From assembly GCF_006345805.1 (NCBI RefSeq), contig NC_043001.1, positions 38,502,001-38,566,000 of the forward strand: DNA of 64,000 bases. The letters are read 5' to 3'. The number at the start of each line of letters is the position of its first letter. Position 1 is the first letter of the stretch. This DNA is from Octopus sinensis. Its lineage: Eukaryota. Under the pieces are notes generated by a model. The model saw nothing but the letters and a program-made list of their open reading frames with translations. It searched no databases and had not been told where the DNA came from. Below are positions 13,634 to 29,553 of this stretch, piece after piece. Position numbers and translations under genes: made by a program.

Positions 13634-14123
13634 CTCTTTGCGACAATGTAGCTTTTAATCTAACCAAATCTTGAAGAGTAGTAGGCGGCATACACCTCGC
13701 TTGGATTTTACCACTTCTGAGGTTCCACTCGCTAGGGATCATATATGGCCCGGATTTTTCCTACTCCGTTCTGTAACTCTTGTATTCTTTTTTTCACACT
13801 CAGCAACCCTGGTTGCCTACCATGGAATTTAAAAATAACTTTTTTCTGTTCATCGTTCTTTGATAAACAAAAATAATTCACAACCTTCCGTCTCAATAAA
13901 CTAGAAATGTTTCTGAAAGTTGTTCTTTTAATATTTACTCCGGATTGCTCGAAGTTAACTTTCCTACACCTCGACCTTATATATATATATATGTAACATA
14001 TGGCATAATTATAAATTTTATAATTATAATTATGCCATTTATAATTATATGATATAATTATAAATTTTAGCCATTTCCCCGCAGACTGAAAAATGATGAA
14101 TAACCTTAATCGATTTTCGAACT

Positions 14124-15447
14124 TTATTGGGTTCTCATATTCGACATATTTTGCTTTATGAGTTCAACAAAGGCAACAACGCAACGGAAAGTGCGAGGGA
14201 TATTAAAGCAGTATATGGAGATCGGACAATAAGCGTAAGCCAGTGTCAACGGTGGAAACTACAGCCTAGAAGACGAGCCTCGTCTTGGAAGATTTGTAGA
14301 GCTCGACGAGGACGTCCTGAAAACCCTGGTGGAACAAAATCTCATCGTAACTGTTGAGGAACTAGCAGAGAAGACTGGATTTGGTTAGTCAACTATTCAG
14401 CGATACCTGAGTGCTATCGGAAAAGTTGGCAAATTGGGTCAATGAATTCCTCTCAAACTTTCCGAGTCTAATTGCACGCAGAGTGTGAATGTGTGCTCTT
14501 CATTGCTGTTACGTCTCACAAATGAACCCTAACTAACCCCAACTAACTCTAACTCTAACCCTAAATCTAAAATAGATTGAAATGCAATAGATCGATACTA
14601 GGGTTATAATTATGGGTGACAATTTCATACGACACCGCTACGGAAAATGGGATTTTTTTCTAGCGGTGTCAAATGAAAATGTCACCCATAATTATGGCCC
14701 TAGTATCGATCTATTGCATTTCAATCTATTTTAGATTTAGGGTTAGAGTTAGGGTTAAGGGTTGGGGAAGGGTATCTTGTTTTTCACAAGTGTAAATAAA
14801 CCTAGTCTGTTTCTTAAAGGAGGGACATATTCATTATGCACAGAATGTTATTTACCAAAATGGACGTCAGCGATTGGTTAAAATTGCCGAAATGCAAGAA
14901 ATTTCAGACGAAATATCTTACAGCCAAGAGAAAATGATGTTTTATAAACACATTCTACCAGTATACGAAGTTTAAAACTTTTTTGTTACCTAGAAATTAT
15001 GTTACAAAGTGCCGTTCAAAAGGAAAAGATCCGAAAAACGACCATCTTGGGTTTCAAGACGAAAGGTATTCTTCCATCAGGATAATGCTCGGCCACATTC
15101 AGTGAGGTTAACATTCCAAAGGCTGGAGCAGTTTGAATGGGAAACGATGCCCTACCCACCATATTCTCGGGACATTGCTCCATCTGATTATCATTTGTTC
15201 CGCAGTCTTCAAAATCATTTGGACGGAAAAAATATGAATTCTGTAGACGAAGCCAGAACAGTACTGGAGGAGTATTTTTCGTCACGGACGAGTGAATTTT
15301 GGAAGAGAAGCCTTGCAAGTCTACCAGATAGATGGAAGAGCATTGTAGAAAATGAAGGAGAGTATATTTTAGATGAAAACAGGACTTTGTTTATATTAAT
15401 TTTGAAAAATAAAAGTTAAAAAAAAACTGCATTATTTATGAGGTGAC

Positions 15448-15451
<4 letters not shown>
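14124..15451 (+). mobile_element. Internally deleted mariner element interrupted by an insertion
   Basis: HIRHILLYEFNKGNNATESARDI.AVYGD...SLEDEPR.GR...KLGQ*.P (N-terminus) and FHQDNARPH...PYPPYSRDIAPSDYHLFRSLQNHL...LPDRW..IVENEGEYI (C-terminus). Right TIR-like end ...ttatttatgaggtgacccaa followed by TA. The left boundary is uncertain. Confidence 0.85.
14528..15008. mobile_element. Insertion in the mariner: ~204-bp palindrome (14549-14752) with TTAGGG-like ends plus ~250 bp unpaired tail; possibly a non-autonomous Helitron/Helentron-like repeat
   Basis: ctaactctaaccctaaatctaaaatagattgaaatgcaatagatcgatactaggg... pairs with ...ccctagtatcgatctattgcatttcaatctattttagatttagggttagagttag. The family assignment is an inference. 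Confidence 0.5.
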
Positions 15452-15506
<55 letters not shown>

Positions 15507-15812
15507 CACGCACATATCCACACTTACACACACATACCTCCTCTTCCACTCTCCTGTCTTTGAAAGAACTTTTACTTCACCCATTCCCTTCCGGTTATTC
15601 AAATGTGACCGCGTGTGTAACGTTGGCGATTTTTTCCCTCTGTCTTCCCTTCTTTGGATCTTTCCTTTTCCTATGTTTCTGAAGAAGAACATTAAACCCT
15701 CCTTCTTTCCTTCTTTTCTCAGCGTCCAATAATACTATACTTGTTCCACGTCCTCGCATTGTTGTGTTTTCATGTTTGGAATAACTTTATATATATATAT
15801 AGATATATATAT

Positions 15813-15886
<74 letters not shown>

Positions 15887-15918
15887 GATACATACATACA
15901 TACATACATACACACAGC

Positions 15919-15949
<31 letters not shown>

Positions 15950-16007
15950 GCGCGCACACACAAACACACACACCACACACACACACACACACACGCGCGC
16001 ACACACA

Positions 16008-16052
<45 letters not shown>

Positions 16053-16849
16053 GTACACACGTACGTGAGTTGTCTAAGAGACCATAACTCAGGGAAAAAA
16101 TACACTCGTATATCTGTCAGTAGAGTGGGAATGTTATCCGAACTGTATATGTATCAAATATCCTTCACGGCTGCGCGAAACTGATGGGTAAGATCAGCTG
16201 TGGTAGATATTTAATACTATACATTTCGGATAATATATATATATATATATACTACATCAAGAATATCAAATCCTCTTAAAGGGATGCTACTATCCAAGTA
16301 CCCAGCGCTTCAGTGAAAAACCAAGATATTAGTTTCACATAGATGGATATGTGTATATAAATAGTCTTATATGAGAAAAAGGAAATGGAGAAATTAATAT
16401 ATAAACATCAATTTATTTGAACCAATTCCATTCTGTATAACTTCAAATTTTTTACACATACAGCTGTTTCCATACCCAATTAATTCATTTTGAGGAATTA
16501 AATTAAATTAATTTAAAGTTTCGTATTGAATAACGTAAATTGGGTATTTCGTCAGGGGAGGGAGTGTGTTTGAAAGGATCTACATTCCAATGTGTTGGTT
16601 GACCTTTGATAGACTCAGATATATGTGTTTTAGCAACAGGTGTATTAAAAAAAATTCTTTACTATTCCTATCTACTTGTACGTGTGTGTGTTAAAGTGTT
16701 GAAAGCTACGAAATGATGACGAATCAAACGGCTTACTAATAACCATAGTTGAATAATACCTCGTAGATATTAGTGCTCAATAGTGAGAAAAGAAATGAAC
16801 GATCTAATCGAGAAAAACTCAAATAGAAACAAATCAAATTAATAAATTA

Positions 16850-19800
16850 AGAAATAATAAAGTTAAAACAAATATCAGATTAAAAGATTGTATCTCTAAC
16901 TTAAATTAGTTAACTATTCATAATAATTTTGAATTTTCCGTCGCCGCATATTTCCAGATGCTTACTTAATGGAATCTTGCGTAATTCTTTTTAAAATAAA
17001 AGAATGATAAAATATGTTGCCTGTGGATACTTGCACGTTGGCAGAGGGAATTATTTGTTTCACCAATGTAATTTTCTTTGCAGTTTGGGCAGGTAATGCA
17101 GTATATGAGGTTTTACATTTTGCAGTTCATATCTGCATTTATTTTGAAAAGAGATACGCTCTTGAATTTTATGTGGGAACCATTTTTCAAGTATTTGAAG
17201 TTGTTGATATTGTTGCATGTTCCACATCTATCTTCACATTCTTTTCATAAGAATTCTGATTCATTCTCTGATTTGAATTTTGCCCTTGTGAGGTGTTTTT
17301 TGAAGATTTTTTTGGTTGGCGTCTGCTATTCCGTAAGGTGTTTTTTTTCAATCAGAGTTTTCATTTTGGGGCTTTGTAGGAGTATAGGTAAATTTGATTT
17401 TATGGCGTGTAAGATGTTGGTTATTCCAGGACTGTGTGTCAATGAACGGAATCGTGTTTTCATTAACCTTTTCTTTAGGTGTCCGTAGTTAGGTGATGTT
17501 CAGTTTCATCGCCTTTTTAATCCCCTCATTAATTAGTTCTAAGGGGTATTTCTGCATTGTGAGAAAGCTTTTGAGTTCGTTGAGTCGGATTTCATGTATT
17601 TTGGGGTTAGTTACTATCGCACAGATGCGTCTTGCATGCTGTATGTGATGTTTCTTTTGATGTGTTATGGATGGCAAGAGTAGAAATTTAAATATTGGTG
17701 CGTGCCAGTTTTTTTTTTTGTAAAATATGTTGTGATTGTAGATTTCTGTATTTTTATATGGATATCCAGGAATGGTAGTTCATTACAACTGGATTCTATC
17801 GTGAATTTGATGGATGGGTGAAGTGTGTTCACTATATTGTTAAATATATTCAGATCTTCATTCGAATTGTCCCAGAAGATGAAGCAATCATCAAGTAAGC
17901 GTTTCCACTTTTTAATGATATATTTCTTGTATTCTTGATCAAAATCTGTTTCTACTTCCTCATAAAGTTTTTCTTCCAAGTATCCCATAACTAAGTTTGC
18001 ATATGAGGGCGCAAACCGCATATCCATAGCCGTGCCCTTTTTCTGTCGATATGTTTTATTGTCGAATTTAAAGGTATTTTCCTCTAGTACTAGGCGTGTG
18101 GCCTTGGTGATGAAGTCAGTCTTGAAGCGTTCATTTATCCTTTTCTATGTTTCTCTACCCAGTATTTAGTTGCTTCTAGGCCTAGTGTGAGTTGTATTAG
18201 TATAGAGATTGGTGACATCAAAACTTGCGAGTATAGTAACTTCTGCTACAGTGGGAGGGATTGTGTTGGATGAAATCTATGACATCCCGTACATAACTGG
18301 GTATTAAAGGGCACAAATGTTTTAGGAGTATATCTAAAAATGGCTTAATTGTTGTGTTGGCGCTTGGAGTCCAGCAACTATTGGTCTTAGTTTGAGGTCA
18401 GCAGGTCTTAGTAGTTTTACGTACTGGTTCTTCTGCTTATTTATGGCACTTTTCATTTCAGAGCTTTTGTGGATTTTGGGTAATCCGTAGAAATTGCTCT
18501 CTTTGATTACAGAATTGCATATATAATCTTTCTCCTTGTCTGTGAAGGAATTTTGGAATTCATTGATTAGTCTTCTGATTTAATTCATTATCGTTTTTTC
18601 TGAGTGTCTTTGATTTGAATTCTTGTAGTAGGTTTGGTTTGTTAACATTCCCAATATTTTATCTTTATAATAGTCCTTCTCCAAGATTACTATCGTCCCT
18701 CCCTTATCGGCTTCTTTAAGGATGATTGAGTTGTCATTCTTCAGTATGTATAAGGCTCCCTTTTCTTCTTTATTTAGGTTTTGTTTGCATCTGTGGGTAT
18801 TTAGGAGAAGTTTGAAATCGTATCTATATACGAGTCTAAATATTTGTCCTTTCCCTTGTAGGGGTAAAGTGGGATTTATTTCTGACTATTGATCCATCAT
18901 CTAAATCTTTATTGTTGAAGAATTCTATAAGTCAGAGGTGACGGTTGAAGTGTTCAATATCAGATTTCAGTTCAATGAGATTAGGGGTGGTTGTCGGGAT
19001 AAACGTGAAACCTTTTAATAGGAAGTTCATCTCATTCTTGTTGAGGTTCCTATTTGTCAAATTTTGTGTATTATCGGGTCCGGTGCGTGGTTTTGGTATT
19101 TTCACCCTAAAAAAAAAGGAATTGTGTTACCACGTCTCCGTTTTCTGATCTAGGCGTTCTGATTTCCATGTAGGTGAAAGGATGGTTCATGCCTTTTATA
19201 CGAATTCCGTTGGTTATAAGTTTTGTTTTCTTCCCATCTTCCACACTTTTTTCGCAATTCAGGATATATTGGGATTTTTGGTCGTAAATCGTGGGTTACT
19301 TGAGTTATCATGATGATAATTATTCCTATTATAGTACCTGTGATGTCTCTATTTTATTTGTTTTCTTCCCATGTATTCAACCAGCTGGGTTACATGTTAT
19401 TACTGGTTGGTGGTTGTCTGTATGTTATTTGTCTTTCATGTCTTTTTTCCTTATCACTTATCCATCTATAGTGTTTGGACTTATGGGTTGAGGGTTGTCT
19501 TCCATATTTTATTTGTTGGCTATTTGCAGTGTTATGTATTGTAGAATATGGGTTTCTAGCCTGTACTTGGGGTAAGATGGAGGCCATTTCCGTGTATGTT
19601 CTTGGGTAATTAGAGGTTTAATACCTCAGTTCAGTTCCTCTGGGGTTAGTGTCTATGTTTGTTTACGATTTCCTCGTATTTCTTTATTGTTGTGGTTTCG
19701 TTTTCATAATGGTTTTGTCTCCATAGATTTTTCATTGTTAGGGAGTCACTTGTTTTTTTTCCCCACATTTTTATGGATTTTTCTTCTTCCCGCTTTGTGT

Positions 19801-20125
19801 CTTCTTTCCATAGTTTTTGCAGTTTTTCATGACATTGATTGTCGCTCCGCTCAGCAATTTCAGCAAACATAATTGCGTCAATATTTTTCACTTTTTTTTC
19901 GTGTCTTGTTTTTCGCGATTGTAGAAGGGCGATTTCTGTTTCCAGTCGGCATAGAGCGATTGTAGAAGGGCAATTTCTGTTTCCAGTTGACATAGAGCTA
20001 AATTTGCACATATCCTTGTCTCTTCCAGCGATTCATTTCTTATTTAATGAAGAAATAAAAGGATTTTTTCCCCAAAATCTGACGACTTTTTTTTCTCAAT
20101 ATTCAATTTTGTACATCACACCTAA
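16850..20125 (-). mobile_element. Near-full-length Penelope-like element (RT plus GIY-YIG endonuclease), decayed
   Basis: KGFTFIPT (N-terminus), LILKEADKG.TIVI, GTAM.MRFAPSYANLVMGYLEE...WKRLLDDCF...LHPSIKFTIE...LPFLDI...YLNFYSCHP (ORF 17665-18027), then NLIYCITCPNCKENYIGET (GIY-YIG, ~17060-17115). Confidence 0.9.
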
Positions 20126-20253
<128 letters not shown>

Positions 20254-20282
20254 TATATGTATATATATATATATTATATATA

Positions 20283-20334
<52 letters not shown>

Positions 20335-20363
20335 GTGTGCGTGTGTGTGTGTGAGGAGTGTGG

Positions 20364-20394
<31 letters not shown>

Positions 20395-20467
20395 CGTTCA
20401 GTTGTCTATTAATACGAAAACAAGCACATTCTAAAAGTATTCTTTTTGAGCAGTAATATTCTATATG

Positions 20468-20593
20468 ATCGTTGGTTATGGCTGGTCAGAAAGTTACCAT
20501 TGTTTTTACGTCTTTTATTGCACCGCCTCTATTGCTAAGAGAAATAATAAACGTGAAACCAATGGTAACTTTCTGACCGGCCATAACCACCGA
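20468..20593. repeat. Small imperfect hairpin (~50-bp arms, ~23-nt loop)
   Basis: tggttatggctggtcagaaagttaccattg (20473-20502) pairs with caatggtaactttctgaccggccataacca (20560-20589). Confidence 0.8.
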
Positions 20594-22040
20594 CTACATC
20601 ATCTATATATATATACGAGGCTTTGATCGGCCTAGGTCTATAGTAGAAGAGATTTGCCCAAAGTGCTACGCTATGCGAGTGAACTGGGGACCGTGTTGTT
20701 GGGAAGCAAAGGTATCATAGTTCCTATTTTTTGTAACGTTAGAATAAATAATTCCTTTCTCAATAACCGATTTTGACAATTTTTTCAAATTTATTTTGGA
20801 ACTTATACGATTACTCAAAAATTGTGGAACCCATCTGTATTTTATGGACAACTCTCACTACCCTAATTATGATAATGAGACCAAAATTGCTTAAGGGAAA
20901 GAATTAATTCATGTGCGAAATAAAAAATAACTTACAATTATTTTGGAAATAGTGAATACCGTTTTTTTTATAAAATAAAATTTTATTGAATTGTATTAAG
21001 ATACCTCATTTCATAAAACCCAAGAATATTTTCATCAAATCCATTATGGGAAGCAACTGATTTATATGATTCTAGAAGTTTGCACAATGAGAAGTTTGCA
21101 CATTTGCACGTTAAAGGAGATATCTCCCAAAAGGAATAATTGAAGGAATCCTTGACTGGTGTGTGGGACACTATATTCTCCATCAAGTGAGGCAGGACGT
21201 ACGTTAATGCCTGCTTTTAAGGACCAAGGGCAAGAGAAAGCGGCAAGCAGAGATTGTGAGATATACATACGCCAACAGGCTTGCACAGCAGTTGAACCAG
21301 TGAAATACATGGGTATTTGAGAAACGACGTTGAGCCTTGGTTCGTTGTCACCTTTGTAGGAATGTGTGAGCGGCTTGTACGTGAAGAGGTAACGAGGAAC
21401 AACAGGACTAAATAGAAACACCCAGATATTGGGAGCATTTTAGCATGACCAATGCAAAGGATGCTTATGGGCATCTTTTGGGCATACCCACTTTCAGTAT
21501 GAGTGGTTAGTGTATAGAACATGGTGTACTCTGACTTGATCATTTTCATTATTTAAATTATATATTGTTTTAAATATGTGTTTATATATAATTTTATATT
21601 TATGTTGTGTTCTTAAGTCTTCAAGTAATTGTTAATGTGTCCAATGTATAACGTCTTCAAACAACTACACGATTTGTCCATTCTCACATATTTTTGTAAC
21701 CCTGTATTTTATAACCCTGTATTTTGAAACTCTGTGCTTTATTTGTGTGTATTTATAAGTTAAAAGTCAACACATACAGTATTAAAAATCCAAGCCATAT
21801 AATTGAAGTAGTGCATTTATAGTATGTATATTTTCTCCAGCTGTTTCTCATAAAAATGTAAGATAAATATTAAAATCTGAATTGTTATTTGTATTCATGT
21901 ATCTTAGTCAAGCAATACCTATGATATATAAGATATATCGAGTAATATATTATGGCCTTTGGATAATAAGGAAATTATTTGTAAGAAAAACATTATTATT
22001 ATTGTATTATTATATATTATTAGTATATTATTTATTATTA

Positions 22041-22075
<35 letters not shown>

Positions 22076-22124
22076 TCATCATTATTAGTATTATTATGAT
22101 TATTATTATATTATTATTATTAGT

Positions 22125-22660
22125 GATGGAGAGAGCAGTGCATGCCATCAAAGTGACACTGGGGTAAAATATACGAAGCCCAATATACCCATCATGACTT
22201 AACCGTCTGATAAAGGTACACCAGGCACATGCATCACAACCATATGTGCAACGACATGGGTTTGATCTATATCAAGATAAACAGCAATGACTTGCAGGTG
22301 GGCCCAGTTAGAATTTTCTTCAGATTGAGTAGCCCATCCCGCTCAAACGGTCCCTGAATAAGGGTTGTTTAAGGATGTTGAAAGAACCACCCATGGTTCC
22401 AGGATGATTGAACTATTCAAACCACAAAGAATCCCCTCTCAACACATGGCTAGATGCTCCCCCACTACTTCTGCTCGTGTCAGAGATGAACATATTGTCA
22501 GCCACGAAGGGACTGCTCAACGGTTAAGTCAAACAACTGACAAGCAAATCTGTGGTATTGAGCAGAATATTTGGCTGTAGCCCTCTTTATACCAAGACAA
22601 AACAATGTAATGATACACTTTCCAATCAGTTAAGATCAGAAGCCATGAGAGCCACTGCCT
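22125..22660 (-). mobile_element. ~530-bp interspersed repeat (SINE-like), copy 1
   Basis: High identity to 25170-25630; bordered by (ATT)n tracts. Strand is inferred. Confidence 0.65.
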
Positions 22661-22695
22661 TACTGCACATTATTATTATTATTATATTATTATTA

Positions 22696-22732
<37 letters not shown>

Positions 22733-23471
22733 TATTATCATTATCATTATTTTCATTCGAAGAAAACTTGGAAATAGCCCTGGAAAACATTTTAAGTTAA
22801 ATCTCTTTTAATGGAAGGGGAGGATATATGATACCATATAGGACTCTTTCAAAGATAGGATTAAACGGAAGCGCAAGCCAAAATTATACATAGGCTGGTT
22901 CCCTAGTTTTTGGGAAGGAGGAACACAAGGTTCACGTCACGGACTAGTGTCATCTTCATAACATAATAAGAGTTGGTGGTCAGTACAGATGCAACTTTCG
23001 GTGATCTGTGGTCGAGAGTGGTCACTATGGACACGCAAGTCCTGCAAGACTATAAAGCAATAATAAAACTCTGCAGTAGGGGGTGGTTAGAGAAAGGCCT
23101 TAAAATTCAGCTTCTATAGTAGATGGCCCAGCTGCTATACACTTTGAAGTAAAAAAAAAATATTTAAAGGCATTTTGTAGTGTACATATAAGGGCTTACT
23201 GAAAGTCTCAAACAATATAAACTACAAGAACAAACCATGGAAGTTGCTGCTTATAAGATGACGCCAGATACAACTGATGAGTGGGCAAATAAAAGAGCAC
23301 AGTTCTCATTGTTAGAGGCGAACCATGAGACTCAAGAAGATCCTCTTCTAACAACAAACGGTGAAGACAAGAAGAGTCACCACAACAGCAACAACAAAAC
23401 GGTCAGGAAGCACTTTCTTCATAGCTGAGATCAGGCTTTATAAAGTTATCTGAATTCAAATAATTTTGGTA

Positions 23472-23566
<95 letters not shown>

Positions 23567-23569
23567 CGC

Positions 23570-24950
23570 ACTCTTAGGTATTTATGTACTCCATTTGTCC
23601 TCAAAGGTATGATATCTCGTATATTTTTATACCAACAGATTTAATCTTTCGACGTCTCTTCATAATTAAAACTGCACACTTATTCACTCACCAAACTGTG
23701 TACCAATATCCTTGTAAACATTCTTTCTGTTTGTATAGGAGAATTCAGATCTTTCATTTTTGGCGTATGGCTTGAGATCATCCACATATAACAAACGATT
23801 TATTTTCAACCTGGTCTCATAAGCAGTCTAGATTTTTTTGCAGTGTGTTCGTCAGAGGTATTAACACAATCGCAAAAAATAATGGAGAGAACGCGGGTTT
23901 CCTGAAATATTCCCCCATCCAGATTTCGTATTTCTTAGTGATTCCCTACCGCGTTTTCTAAAAAAAAAAAAAACTGTTAATCTTCTCAATCACCCCAAGT
24001 ATCTCCAAGGCACTACATTTTCATCTGCTTTCTTGTAGCGTATGCAATTAACAGCTTAGTCTTTCCATATTCGTAATTCACCTGGTATCGCATTACCGAT
24101 GTACAGTTCTTGACTTTTCTTTTTAAGCATCTTTTTCACTTTATCTTCTGTAGTGTTATGTTCTTTTGTATTGATCTGTTTTCTATTTCATTTTTAAACT
24201 CCAGTAACCAATCCTCTTTACTGTTGTTGAGTTGAACGTTCTAGCTTCAAATGTTTGATGAAAATTTCCTTGTTGCTTCAACATTTGGTATATCATCCTT
24301 CTGAGATTCATTCTCATTGTTCAGCTGTTGGTATAAATCTCCTTTCTCTGTTTTTGAAGAGCACATTTTGTTGATACTGATTTATAATTTGTTCGTATCT
24401 AGCATATTTTTTCTACCTGAATTTGCCTCCTTCATTTTCTTGTCTTATCTCTTCTTTAGCTGCATCTAACCCCAGTGTTTCAAGTTTAACATTTTTGAAG
24501 CTCATTACTACGTCCTGTTTTCAGTTGTGGCATTTATCCTTCTAAAATCTTTACTAAACCAATTTAATTCTCAAATATTCTTTTCTACTACGGGTTTTCC
24601 CCTCTTTCTACTTGACTTTTATTCCCAAGAATTTCTACAGTACCAGAGGCTGCACAATATATGAAATCATTTACATCTATTACATTCTCAACTTTGATTT
24701 TTATTAATAGCAGTCTAGCCTCTTTACTGATTTACAACAGATTTTTACTTTCGATTTTTTTCAAAGTCGGTGATCTCGTTCTATTCACTAATTCGTGTCT
24801 CATTTAAACGTTGAAATAAGCTTCTTTCCTCTTCGGTAATATCTTTTGCCAACATGAAGTAAAATTTGTTTTCACCTTTACCACTATTTGTTTCTACCAA
24901 ATACTTCATTGATCTTTCGGCTATTTCTTATTCAATTTCCTCCCCTAGGT
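23570..24950 (-). mobile_element. Decayed RT fragment of an R4/Dong-type RLE LINE
   Basis: Minus strand reads ...LIPLT...KINRLLYVDDLKPYAKNE...KDIG...NKCAVLIMKR, matching the YMDDLKLYA / FGLDKCA region of this group. Confidence 0.6.
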
Positions 24951-25169
24951 AGCCATGTTCTTCAAATTTCGCTGTTGTAGCGATCTCTTTCGGCTGCATC
25001 TAGGATAGACTTATTTTTTTCATAATTTCATTTTTATGACTCAGAAGACTTTGTTCTGTGACTTCGTTCTCTCTCTCTTTCTCTCTTCCTCTTTTTCTCT
25101 CTCTTTCTCTCTCTCTTTTCTCCCCCTTTCTCTCCTCTATCATCATCATCGTCGTCATCATCATTATTG

Positions 25170-25630
25170 AGTGAGAGAGCAGCGCATACTATCAGAGTGA
25201 CACTGGGGTTACAAATATACGAAGCCCAATATACCCATTATGACTACCCGTCTGATAAGGGTACACCAGTCACATGCATCACAATCATATGTGCGCAACA
25301 TTATGATCTCATACTAAGATAAACAGCACATGACCTTGCAGGTGGTGTCCAGTTAGAATTTTCTTCAGGTTGAGTTGCCCATCCAACGCAAAAGGTCCCT
25401 GAATAAGGTTTAACGATGATGTGCGAAACACCCAAGTTTCCAGAGGTAAATTATTCAAATTCCAAAGAATTCCTCTTAACACATGGCTATGATGCTCCCC
25501 CACTACTTCTGCTCATGATCTGTAGTATTGAGCAAATCTGTAGTATTGAGCAGAATATTTGCTGTAGCGCGTCTTTGACACCAAGGCAAAACAATGTACT
25601 TAACACTTCCAATCAGTTAAGATCAAAAGC
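25170..25630 (-). mobile_element. SINE-like repeat, copy 2, internally deleted with a 19-bp tandem duplication
   Basis: Homologous to 22125-22660; ctgtagtattgagca is duplicated near 25520-25555. Confidence 0.65.
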
Positions 25631-25899
25631 CATTATTATTATTATTATTGTAGGGGTAGTGGATTTACTGAATCATTAGATCGTCGGATAATATACCTGG
25701 CGATGTTTATCTCAGCTTCATACGTACCGAATTCAAATTATATCAATATTAGCTTTGTCTTTCATCCTACTGAAGTCGATGATATCGACTAACATCCTTT
25801 CGCAAGTTTCAGGTTTTGTACCTATGTTATAAACAATTATCATTATACGATCGAGTCCATTGTGAAGATCGCACAGTCGCCTTCTTTTATCAGGAAGGA

Positions 25900-29400
<3,501 letters not shown>

Positions 29401-29553
29401 AACACAATACACCAGCATCATTCTCCAGCTACTGCTGTAAAATACTCCAGCCTTACAAAGATAGCTTACAATCCCGGTTCCACAACTTAAAACAACACCG
29501 ACAAAGTCCACTGCCCTTTTTCTACCAGCAACAATACAGAACAAAGATTATGA

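Noticed and set aside
14001-14070. AT-only palindromes (ggcataattata...tataattatgcc)
   Set aside because: Low complexity; expected by slippage.
19915-19998. 41-bp tandem duplication in the Penelope N-terminal region
   Set aside because: It shifts the frame and is best explained as post-insertion decay.
20960-21560. Moderately GC-rich stretch with ORFs of 110-119 aa
   Set aside because: No convincing motifs or splice structure; probably an old repeat.
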